Of a stretch of DNA of 64,000 nt, positions 50,051 through 61,764 are shown one piece after another. The number at the start of each line of letters is the position of its first letter. Position 1 is the stretch's first letter. The notes under the pieces were generated by a model that saw nothing but the letters and a program-made list of their open reading frames with translations, ran no database searches and was not told the origin of the DNA. This DNA is from Takakia lepidozioides (taxonomy: Eukaryota > Plantae > Bryophyta): positions 23,126,001 to 23,190,000 of the forward strand of contig CM060731.1 in NCBI GenBank assembly GCA_030704615.1. Reading direction: 5' to 3'. The translations under genes were made by a program, and so were the position numbers.

Positions 50051-52817
50051 TGACATGTAACTTTCATCTTGAATCGCTCCAATGGCAGTGTGGTATGCTT
50101 TCTCTCCCGGATCGATTGTGGCCACCGTGGATTAAGGCGAAATCGAACGGTTTATTTCAACTCGCGAAATCACAGCTTCATTGAAAGTGTGCACAATTTT
50201 CCATTTATTGACAGCAGCCATTGTCACATTAACTATGGAACAAACGATAACGGCCGCGATCAGACTGAATTCTATCGTACTTGTACGTTAGTAAGACTAC
50301 ATGTCTGGCATCATTATCGTGCGGCTCTTACAGCAGACTCTGGAATAAGCTTGAAGGATGTCGATTCTGACAAGTGGCCTGGAGAAATGAAGTCAGGCGG
50401 CTAATCGCCACAACTAATTTTGGACTGCACATTAATAATCGATCATTATAATTAGCTGGGAGGAATCCGGAGGTGAACCATAAAGCACTTTGAGATTGTT
50501 CTGTTTATATTTATCGTGCTATTACAGTGAATAAAACACTTAGGCAGGGCGGGGCATTACATGCCGACGCATTTCATTGGACAGCGAGGGCGGTGCATTT
50601 ACAGGTGTGCGGAATGCTCTGTCGTGCCTTGCTTGCTTACACATGTTTAATGTTGGGATGGACCCCTCGTATCGGGTATCCCTCGATAAATGGGCAGTCC
50701 CTATGGTGGCTCTGGACCTTAAATCGAGGAATGCCCGACACGAGGGGCCATCTACTATCCTTAAAGTCGTATGTCACATGGCACTTGCGGGTGTTGTCAG
50801 GGAATATTTACGCCTGGCGGCTAACAGCCGAAAGTGATTGTGGACGGCTCATAATGAGACAATGATTATAGAGTGTGAGGAATCCGTAGGTACAGCGTTG
50901 TGTCCTCTGGCAAATTGAGTTCGAAACGACTGCCTAAGCGTGTCACGTGGATGGTCACATGGGCGTTTGGGGCGTGGGTTAAGGTTTGGCGGCTTCGAAT
51001 CTATTTTAAGATTTTTGTAAGCGTGAGGGTTGCAGAGTTTGACCAATGGCGTCATTACAGTCATTTCGTTCTTTTTCCATTCGTCTGTCCAGTCGTCTGT
51101 TCAAACGTGTGTGCATTCGTCATTCAATTTGGAACAAAAGTTGATTTAATTTCATCTGTGTGGATGGACAGTATTAATGTTAGTTTGCGTGGATGCGGCA
51201 GAACATCCATTTGGGCCGCGCAACCGTTCGATTTCGGACGGAGACGATGGTTCAGATCATTCTTGAAGGTCGCTTATAAGGGGTGCGCTCTTTGAGCCCG
51301 GCCTTGGGGCTTCATATTTTATACGCGTAAGCGCTGCGCGAGTGAGAGCTTGACTGTTGAGAGAGGAGAGCGTGAAAGGGAAGAGTTTTGGAGCGCGGAG
51401 AGAAAGAGACTGTACACTGGAGCGTGGAGAGAAAGAGAGCAGATTTGGCCGAGTGCAGAGAGAGCAGAGGGTGAAAGGTGAAAGAGTGAAATAGGTGTTT
51501 TTAGAAGAGCGGGGAGGAGAGACAGGACAGTGGCGAGTGGAGATTGACGAGTGCAGAGGCGAGAGCACAGTGCAATTACCGGCAGGCGGAGGTGCGGAAG
51601 AGAGTATCAAGCGAAGGACTGTGGTTGCAGGGGCACCAAAATGGCCGGCACAAGCAGGTACAACATTGAAAACTCATTTTTTTCGTCTTATGTTTCATGT
51701 TTTGTGTTGGCCTGTTCTCAATTCGTATGGCCTGCTCTCGATTCATGTGGCCTATTCTCGATTCAATTCGTTTGGATCCTGCTTCATTCTATGTTGCACT
51801 GCACTGTCTTCAGTGCACTCTCATCTGTACTTCAGTGCTTCAGTCCGTGCTTCGGTGCACATTAGGTTTATGTTTCATTGTCTGCTTCGTTGTTTGCTTC
51901 ATTCCTGCTTCATTCTCTGTCAATTCATTTCACTCCTTCTCTATTCTGTGCTTCAGTGCACTCCCGCTTCATTGCTTCACTGTTGTTGTTCAATTCACCA
52001 ATGGTTTGTAGGGTGGTTTTGTGTGGTGGTTTTGTGTGCAATAGGGTTTGTGTGTGCTTGTTCTGGTCGATTAGGGTAATGGTTTAGGGTGGCGGGAGAT
52101 TACCATGCTGGTTGTATTGCTTGTTTTGTTCAATGTGGTGGTTTTTTAGGACAGTGGTTTCGGAAATGTCCGGTTGTTTATTTCTCAACCGTTTTCTTGA
52201 TCCTCAAATCCGGCGTTAGTTTGTTCTTGTCAATAGTTTATGCATTTCTTCCCATTCAAATTCAATTCTGAATGGCAATTTTCATTTCAAATCCAATTTT
52301 GTCGAATTCGGCAATTCTGAAACTCCACGATAGCCTAGTCTACTTGTATTCTACACTAGACATAGGCTAACAGTAGGCTTCGTGCAGGCCAGAGTAGACT
52401 ATTCGTAGACCAATGTCATGCACATGAGGAACCAAAAACTGGAACCTCCACTGCCCAGTGGAGGTTCGCGAGAATTCTGTATGGGGAAGCTGAAAGACAT
52501 TTTTTAACGTTAGGACGAAATCGGATAATTCCGGGAGAAATGAAAATCAGTGTGAGATGATGTGAGAACGAGTGATGGAATCATATGTGTAACATTGTAA
52601 GTGTGACACATACTTTCCAACGAGACTGAGATACGATAATTGGGAACCTCCACTACCCAGTGGAGGTTCGACATTTCTTTGGGTCAGCCAGTTACACACT
52701 CTGATAAGTTTTTATGTCAGTATGAGAAAGAGGAGCTAGGGTGGGGAACCGGTGTCTGACGATGAGTACAAGACCGTCAGCTTAAATTGGATCAAGAGAC
52801 GGTGTTCGGTAGACGTG

Positions 52818-53355
52818 ATGGAAGTGGACCATCCAGATAAAAAAACATGGTGTTTCGGAACCAGATTGGGGGTCTACCGAGCCGAACAAACTGTCTGGGA
52901 TTGACGAAAATGTGACTGTAGAATCCCCGCGGAACACATCCAAATCTCCCAACAATACACTTGAAGACATCTCCAAGTATACCCTGGCGGAAATAAGAGA
53001 AAGCGTTCATGTAAACAATGATGTCAACGGATCTCCTGCCTACTCCCAAGATTATCCGGCATACACCCCTCCAGACTATTCCCCGGACACATTGGCGGCG
53101 ATACGAGTGATCGTTTTTGGATATCCCGCATCTCCGGGTTACTCACCAGCATCTCCTGAATCCACAACAGGATCTTACCCTCCAAACTTCTCCCTGGACA
53201 TTGCAACGAGACAGGGAATCCTGGAACTCCTGGACGTCTTCGGATCTCCAGGATACTCCCCTGCGTCTCCTGAAAGTATCACCGGATCCCCAAAATATAC
53301 CCCTCCAGACTATTCGCCTGATACACTCAGAGAGATCAGAAGAAGCATTTTGTAG
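52818..53355 (+). CDS. Small Ser/Pro/Tyr-rich ORF with internally duplicated YSPASP and YTPPDYSP repeats (Pol II CTD-like)
   Basis: SPGYSPASPES occurs twice and YTPPDYSPDTL twice. The ATG at 52818 joins the 52912 frame only through a 1-nt slip in an A-run. Confidence 0.45.
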
Positions 53356-53678
53356 TTCTTGGGTATATAATATAGAATGGTCTGAATATAGTGCGAGAAG
53401 TCCTTGAGTAATTTTTGGACGAATTAGTTTTGAAGATATCTATTGTAGATTTGTCCTGTTTCAGGATGATGTACTCAATGGCTCCTGAGCCTCATTTTCA
53501 TTAAAGTTTTTTTCTACAACATCTATAAAATATGGAGGATTTCCCATTTCATGTAGAAAGCCTCGTACATACGAACCTCCACTGTCCAGTGGAGGTTCTT
53601 GTTTCTGGAATGATGGATGCTAGTAAGAGATATCTTATTATTTGATTATCTAATGAATTTGTGTTTGGTTGTAACAGA

Positions 53679-56600
53679 AGACATCCCACACCACCAAATT
53701 GCGTCCCGGGATTGATTGGAGATATTTGTGGCGCATTCGTATGTCGGAAGTCCTCACATTTCAAAACTGAGCATACCGCAATTTTTGAGCTTAACCCAGA
53801 GGTGACAAATTGGGGAATCGTGCCTGTCGGTACACCTCCTGATCACAAACTGTCTTTTCATTACAGAAGTCTTGGAGTAATAACAGACTTAAAATACGCA
53901 GAAGCTCTCGATATAGAGCTTGAATCTGAAGAGGAAAACCCGATGTTGGTTTTGTTCCTGCATGAGGATGCGAGAACCCCCATGACGTTTGGTTTCAAAG
54001 TGGAGGTGAGTCGTCTGAACAAGTCATTGATGAATGAATGCATTGCAATGGGTTTTAGATTTCCAGACGAGGGCTCAGTATTTACCGACGTAGGTTTGTC
54101 GACGGCTTGGAGTATTTTTCTGGATCTTCTGCACGCAATGGGGAACGACATTCGCAAGAAACGAGCACTAGAGGAAGCATCAAAGTCGAAGAGGGGAAAA
54201 CGCAAGTTGTCGACAGCCGGCAATGATGACAATGAGGCCAGGACTTCCACAGGAAAGAAGAAACAGAAAGAGGATCAGGATCCAGCATTGATGTCAGATA
54301 ACAAGAGACCTAAAGCTGGGGAGATTTTCGAGAAGGGAAAATGTGAGAAGATGGAGGAGAGGCTCACGAAGGAATACAATGACATATTTCCATTCGGATT
54401 CGAGAGTACCTTCCTTGTGAACGTTTCCATGATGGAACTAGCTCCAAAGAGCATGGTTTACAGGCCATTAAATATCAAGCATAAGGACGAAGTGAAAGCG
54501 CGACTATTCCAGCTTCATTTGTTCGACTCCAAACATCCGGTGTATCTCGCGCCAATCAACCCTTCCAATCCCGAGAAGATTACTTCATCGCGACCGAAGC
54601 AATAGAAGGAAATGGACGTATCCAGGTTCTTCGTCATAGGTGGACAATACACCATTGTGGCAGCAAAGGTAATGGACTTCACTTCTACCCAGACCTCTCT
54701 TTTAACGAACCTCCACTGGGCAGTGGAGGTTGGTGTTGAACAACAAAATTGGATATATTGTCCCTACATTTTCAACTCTCTCACCCATTTTACATTATTT
54801 GTAGCAGGAACTTCTCGAGGATCTTGCCGACAACGAACTGAAGGAGTACTACCGGGAGTGGCCTGCGAAGATTGTATGGTCTACCGATGAATAAAGGCTC
54901 CTGAAGTTGTCAAAGCTCCTCAACGATCCCAATACGGCGCAAAAGTTTGATACAACAATGCCGGAGAAAGTTGCGCATGCGCGAATGTTATTCAACCTGA
55001 GGGGGAAGCCAAAGAAATACAATGATCACACCACCAAGTCCGAGACGAAACAATGGAAGGTATGCATTTATGGAATAAAAATCTACTATTCACATTCATT
55101 TTGTGCTAAATAATACTTCTGTTGTCGGAGTGACACCTAATTTTTCCGTGGATGAATGTGCAGGAGTTCATGTTTGCCTGTCATTTGATACTTGAAATGG
55201 GTAGCATTAAGGAGACAATTGGTCCTGGTACTTTGCGACGACGACGTTTGGAAGATCTGGGAAGTTGTTTTCAAAAACTGGGAGCAGGGAAAGCTACTCG
55301 ATCCGCTTGGGATACAGTACAAGGGTGAACAACAACAGCTCACGAAATCTGCTATCGCAAAGCTGCAAGGGTTGAACAGATGGCAGCCGATAAAAGTTGC
55401 GCAGAAAATCCTGGACCTGAAATTGACCATTCGAGATTACAAAGGACAAGACAAATCAATTCAAGGCATGAACAAGTATATAGACGACATGAAAATGCGT
55501 CGATTTATTGTCGACGATGTTATGGAAGTGGTGGGGTGGCCTTGGAGGAGCAAATAGTGCACAGAACCGTACACTAAGGACGAGTGGCGTGAAGTGAAGA
55601 AAAAGTACCACTTCAATAAGGCAGAGTTCTCAACATTTAAAGACAAACTGGGGACGGATTACATCTAAAGCAAGATCAAGATGAACATGGAGATAAAACC
55701 ACTCCTTTTGTTAAGTACATCTCATCCATCAAGAAAGCTTATGAGGATAGAGAGGATGCCATGGCGATTATTTCAGCGAGTTTCAAGTCTCATTACGCTC
55801 TCATGGGGGGGAACAAAATTCACCAATGCCAAGTCCCGTCTGCGACTCGCACCGAAGAAACGGTTTGACAACATAGCGATGGTGTTCGTCAATACAATTT
55901 CTGAAGATAACTCTATGGTATTTGAGTCCAAGGATTATGTGAACATACTGAAGGCTTTTGTGGCTCAGAAAATGAACACGAGTGCTTTTGTTTTCTTCTC
56001 AATGCAACCGTCCTCGGCCAATCTGGTCTCCTACATCATAAATGGTCCCGGAAAGAACATCGTATCTTGTCTTCAGGGATTTATTATTTTCGGGGAAGTT
56101 ATGAAAATGTTACAAAAATAGCACGAAGACTTTCTCTCGGACTGTACTGTGCCTGGACTATGTTTTTCCAGCGACACCTGAGGAGATTCAGAATCCGGAC
56201 GAGCCCATCGCCACCGTACTCTTAATCGAGCCAATTCAGCCGATTCTGGAAGGGCCTTCTGAGAAGCCATTAGCTTTTGAAGAAGAGTGCAGGACTTATA
56301 ATCATGAGCTACGAGTTGACACATACGACTATTTGGCCTCCCTGTTTTATCGAGACGGAATGTCCGCTGTCAACATCTTCGGAGGCATGATGTTGACGTA
56401 CGCACTTCATGTAAGTGTAAAACTTTTTTTCATTTTAAAAACATTTTTTATATTTTTTATCGAACACGTCCTCTGTTTTACTGACTGGGTTTATCTGCAG
56501 GCAAGAACATTCGAGTGCTTGACATCAACCACTCAACCAAAAAAACAAATTGCAAAGGAAAAGTTGAAGCGAATTTAAGAAGCTTCAAATTGAGAATGAC

Positions 56601-56813
56601 AATATTGCTGAAGAGTTTGACGGCGGAGACGATGATGAGGATGAGGAAAAGGAAGATGAAGACTTGGAAGAAGGAGGCGGACATTCCGAACATGGAGAGG
56701 AGGACGAGGGCATCGATGGTAACGAGGACAAAGAGGGCCACGCGGGAGACAATGCAGACCGTTGGGAGGCTGTACTACAACACACCCTATGTAATTTCGA
56801 CAATTTTGTTTGA
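53679..56813 (+). pseudogene. Multi-exon cargo gene: ParB/Srx-like domain, degenerate DNA N4/N6-methyltransferase-like C-terminal region and acidic tail
   Basis: APKSMVYRPLN...VYLAP...FFVIGGQYTIVAAK is ParB-like. NIAMVFVN and NHELRVDTYDYLASLFYRDGMSAVNIFGG resemble MTase motifs IV and X-I. GT-AG introns at ~54669-54807, 55060-55163 and 56411-56500. Several stops and frameshifts. Confidence 0.5.
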
Positions 56814-57094
56814 CGCTGGTGTTGACTGTTGTCACTTTCGACTGTTCCAACTATTTTTCAGTCAAAATTTATATTAAAATATTCGAGGTGCTAGACAGCC
56901 GCGAAAATTTTGACTGTAGTGAGAAACTTTGACTACCTAAAATGAGCTGACTGAGACAACCAGTTAAGTAATGACACGTGTAATCACAATATATAAACTA
57001 TATAGCAATATATGTGTGGATAATAAGAAGTAAAACAACTTAACTACGTTTTAACTGACCCGGCTCATTAATAGTAAACTAATCGTGTGCTGGT

Positions 57095-57262
57095 TAAGGT
57101 TAGTGAAACAAAACAACTAAATTATCTGAACGAATGATAAAAAAAAACGCCTTGCTGGCAGCTATTGGATGAACGTATGAAAGGTTAGTGAAACAAAAGA
57201 ACTGAACTATTTGAACGAATGATAAACAAACGCCTTGCTGGCAGCTATTGGATGAACGTACG
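57095..57262. repeat. Tandem duplication of ~85 bp
   Basis: AAGGTTAGTGAAACAAAA...AACGCCTTGCTGGCAGCTATTGGATGAACGTA occurs twice. Confidence 0.9.
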
Positions 57263-57429
57263 AAATATAATTTTTGTGCACTGGATGAACGTATGAATGA
57301 ACATATGTTTGCAGTTTTCGAACATTGTGGTTTTATTGCAAGTACGTATTGCGGAGACTAGACTGTTTGTTTCATCTTTGGTTTGATTTGAAGTCTGAAC
57401 TGTCGATATTGAACTGCTAGTGTGTTGGC

Positions 57430-57699
57430 ATGCAGTTTAAGAAAGGATACAAGGTCAATTTGCGCAGCTTTAAGAAAGCAGGTCTGGTTGTTGGTTGGGG
57501 CAAGATTGTTGGGGTTTATGGCAAAGTGGGCTCGTTGCCAGATGGGTACTATAGTGTTCAAGTTGAAAATGCTATTGAGCCAACGCACCTTATACCTTCT
57601 TGCAACACCGAGGCTTCTGATAGTGAGGTCACTTTGGGTGACATGGTAGGCACCACCGTTCTGTGGAACTACAAGTTCCTGAATTCATTCACGAAATGA
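57430..57699 (+). CDS. Tnp1/En-Spm-like (DUF8039-like) domain exon or small ORF
   Basis: KVNLRS...VVGWGKI...LPDGYYSVQV...LIP...VTLGDMVGTTVLW has the same pattern as the N-terminal domain of the transposase. Confidence 0.55.
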   Translation: MQFKKGYKVNLRSFKKAGLVVGWGKIVGVYGKVGSLPDGYYSVQVENAIEPTHLIPSCNTEASDSEVTLGDMVGTTVLWNYKFLNSFTK

Positions 57700-58384
57700 T
57701 TCCGATGTTCTCTTGACATGTCCACGATAGTGCTGGACCTAGCTGAAAAGCAAATTTTCCTTACTCAATGATTTAACTTGGGCAGTGATCTATGGATATG
57801 GCAACATGGGCCATCATGCTCGATGTGGCCAAAACTTGTTTCGCAAAACACTCTTGATATAGAGCCATCCAAATGTTATGCATTCCTACCATGTATTTGT
57901 ATTCTATGTTTTGTTGTATTTGTAAGATATTTTCAATGCAGTGCAGCGAATCAAAAAATTTAAATACAAAACCCACTAATTCACATATATATCCATATAA
58001 ATAAAAAGTAAATAAATATAACAGAATCCACAAAAACAAAAAAACAATATTAAACAAAAAGCCTCCTTAATTTCAAAATATATTTAATATATAGTTTTAA
58101 TATTTATGTATACACCCCATAGTGAAATATATTTATTAAAATATGTCCTCTTTTACTGGTTCACAGTAAAATACTACATTATACACAGTCAAGCGAACTC
58201 ACTATCACTGTCTCACAATCGAACCGTATACTAAAAATCATGGCACACAGTCATTATGTTCCACTGATACAGTCATAGTATAGTAGAAGATATATACCAT
58301 GCTACTCGACAGTACTTCACGTTACTATATACCATACCGCAAAATAGTAATAATTTTTGTAGTTTTGAGTAGATTACAATCACT

Positions 58385-58655
58385 TAAATTCAAACATGTC
58401 ATCCCGTACTTTACTACACGTCATACTTCAGTTAAACCACTTTACTTGATGTCCTCACACTGAGGTTAAGCCACTTTACTACACGTCATATGTCCACGTC
58501 ATACTTCAGTTAAACCACGTTACTACACGTCATTCATCCACGTCATACGACTGTAGAACCACTTCATTACACGTCATGCATCCACCTTATAATTCAGTTA
58601 AACCACTTTACTACACATCATAGCCACGTCATACTGTTTTGCCTACACGTCACCC
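58385..58655. repeat. Tandem array of short units with about 8 (A/C)CACGTCA motifs
   Basis: TTACTACACGTCATACTTCAGTTAAACCAC-type units; CACGTCA near 58416, 58481, 58494, 58525, 58538, 58569, 58624 and 58645. Confidence 0.85.
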
Positions 58656-58911
58656 CTAGGTTTTACTGTCACATTTCACTGTCAGAACCTGGCATCTGGA
58701 TTCGACTACTTGACTGAAACGACTTGACCTTTGTCACGCATGTTTGACTATGGAGGCTGGGAGTAAAAATGTTGCAAACGACTAAAATGTCTTGCGTGAT
58801 GTTCTCAAGTCCATCCAGTGACTGAGTTCTGAAGTCTTGAATCACATCTAGGTGTCCAGCACTACAATACAAGCTGGGCTTTTTTACTCTGTATTTGACT
58901 GCGGTCCACAA

Positions 58912-61456
58912 GGTCGTGATTCTGGATGTGGATTCGTCGAGTTCAAGCAAGAGAACTAAGAGTAATCCTGCTTCACCCTCAAGGGGTGCGGAGGCTAGCT
59001 CAATCGAGGTGGGTGGCAATATTGTTGGGAATGCAGAAGACTGGTTCAAACCTATAGAAGGGGACGAGCCTGCGCCAATGTCCCCGTCTCCCGCAAAAGA
59101 GAGGGTAGAGAGAGCGAGGTCAAAGAGCCCGTGTCCCACAAAAGACAGCAGACAAAGAGCGAGGACTAAGAGCCCGTCTCCCGCAAAACGGGACAGTTGT
59201 GACAGGGCCCGGACTAAAAGCCCGTCTATTGGAAAAAACAGCAGAGGCAGAGGCCGAACTCAGAGCCCAACTTACTCTCAAAGTGTCTCCCAACATGTCA
59301 ATTTGGATGTAGGTAACGAATGACACCTGGAGATTTATGGTGTCTTTAAGTATTATAAATGGAACAAATTGTGTGTATTGCATCTAGTTGTGTTCTTGTT
59401 GAGTTTTTGCCAATATCTAATGTGTATCTTGATATTTCAAACCTTCTTCCACTTTACATGTGACTGAAGGTTACGAAAATTTGTATAGATCCATGAACGG
59501 AAATTGGAGGAAATCACACAAACCCGGACAGAATCCATCGCGACTCAAACAGTGAGGAGGCAGGTGGACTTAACAATAAGGGTCAGCCCACCTGATCCGG
59601 TCATACAAGCAACCTCCACTGCCCAGTCGACATTGCGAGATGGAGGAGATGAGTCGGAGATGGTTGTTGCTCAGCGCGAAGAAAAAAAGAGCGAGCAGCC
59701 ACAGCAGCAAATTCGGAATCCCTCCCCGAAACGGGTACACACTTCATAACCATCTTAGCTATGTTCTTCTTTTTCCTTCTTCTAGTTTTTCAAATAAATT
59801 AATTGTTATGTTATTCCACAGGATGATACGATTCACCCTCCAATCGACTGTCACAAATCTGTGAACCCACAGGATTGGTATCGCCTCTCTGAGGGACCGA
59901 AAGGATATCGACCAGGATACTACGTCCTGGTTCTTAATGTCGGTTTATCTCCGAGATGGCCTGAGATCCCCTCCCGCAACCCATCCTTGTGTGTGTGCTG
60001 GAAAATTCAAGCTTGCAGTCCGAAATGGGTTGGACGACTTCCTGAAATGGGTCCTTAAGCATTTTAAGGTCTACTTTTGGAACATTGGACCGTTAGAAAA
60101 TATCCTGGATATAGGGTTAGCTTTGTTTGGAAGAAGGTTTTACAAGGTCAGGGAATTCAGCAATGAGAACTGCGTGAAGCATAGACAGACTTTCAGTGAC
60201 GAATGGCCCAAATATCCGAGAGCGCCAATATATCTTAAACGTCTCTACGACCTTTTCACTGTAGTCGACAATGTAGCGTACAAATCAAACACACTTCTTA
60301 TCGACACTGTAGAAAATATGTATAAGTCCTACTTGAACCCAAAGTCGATGGGTATCTTCCTTCCAAAATATAAAGCGCTCGTCGACCCATACAAGGACAA
60401 GTTTCTTCTGGATGAACTCAAACCACACCTGGAAGAGTTGCGGTTATCCGGAAAAGATGCTGATATATTCAACGTAGAAAAACCCATAGGATGTTGACCT
60501 TATAATGACCCAAAGGTCAAATGCCTCTTGCTATGGGATTTGCAATGGCAGGTTTATCTTAGAAAACAAAAATTTCCTGACGCTTCCTTGGAACAGATTG
60601 AAACGTAGATGGTTGCTCTAGATTTTCCTAAACCTCGACTGTCTAGTGGACGTTGCTCCCAACGTCAATCCTGTCCTTGGTTTATCTTGATTACCATCTA
60701 AGTGGATGTATGAATTTCTTACAGATTGCAGCACCAATTTCTCCAGTTGCGAAAGGATTGCGCTTGATAATTTTTGACCTGAATGGAGTTTTGTGCAAAG
60801 TCTTGAAGCACCAGAAGAACTACAATGTCCCCCGAATGTCCGAGACAGACTACAGGATACCAGCTCTTGTTGGATTTCGACTTGCATATAGGCGGGAAAA
60901 ATATCGTGAGATGTGGACAGAGTTGAACAAACATTTCCGTCTAGGTATATGGAGCTGCATGATGTACAAGAACTTGCAGCATGTCCTGGACTTTATGCTT
61001 CAGGGTCTTCCTCAGCCGGCATTCGTTATGTCTCAAGAAGATTGTATCTCCTGTCCTACTTCTGTCCACCCTCAATTTATATCAAGATACGACCCACTGA
61101 GTCTGTTCTTGAAGCCATTGATGACGGTCTGGCAAAGATTTGGTGGTCTGTACAATAGGAGTAACACTCTACTCATTGACGATTCTGCTATTAAGTGTGT
61201 GTTGAACCCGCCTGAATCCTGTCTGATTCTAAAATCGTTTGAATCCGTTGACACGGACTCTTGCTATCTCCAGAAGGTTCTCCAGAAATATTTGCTTGAA
61301 ATGAAGAAATCTCGCACCGTTTCCAGTTATCTCAGGGAAAAGAGGATAGGACCTAAGCCTTGTCAGAATGTTTCCACCGATCCCAAGTTTAAGCCTCTCT
61401 TGGATTATGTTGATGATTCTAATTACGGGAATCTCCGATATGATGCTTCAAAATAA
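58912..61456 (+). pseudogene. Multi-exon gene: basic RARxKSP-repeat N-terminus plus two FCP1/NIF-like HAD domains
   Basis: Domain 1: VRNGLDDFLKWVLKHFKVYFW..YLKRL..NTLLID, with a frameshift at ~59940 and TGA at 60495. Domain 2: LIIFDLNGVL..FRLGIWSCM..FLKPL..NTLLIDDS, open reading frame. Joined by a plausible phase-0 intron at 60552-60724. Confidence 0.7.
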
Positions 61457-61764
61457 AGATTTTTATTGATCAACCACGTCTTTGATTCATTGTATATTTT
61501 TGATTGGTTTTTCTATAGGTTGTATTGTTTTTCTATAAAAACTGTTGTCTACTGTGATTTCCTTTTCAATTTGAATTGACATGGAATTGTTTGCTATCTC
61601 CTAGTCTCATTCATGCGTTTCTCCACCCTATACCATCCTGATCCTTTGAGATACAAGCCTTCTCCGAAACTCGTCTCGGGGGTTTTTTCAAATCCGACAA
61701 CCTCCACTGTGCAGTGGAGGTTATCCTGTGTCTGTACATTGACCTTGTAAGTTCGTTTCTGTAG

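Noticed and set aside
51257-52271. Several overlapping ORFs
   Set aside because: Low-complexity GA-rich and TGCTTCATT-repeat sequence, more consistent with the 5' UTR and first intron of the cargo transcript.
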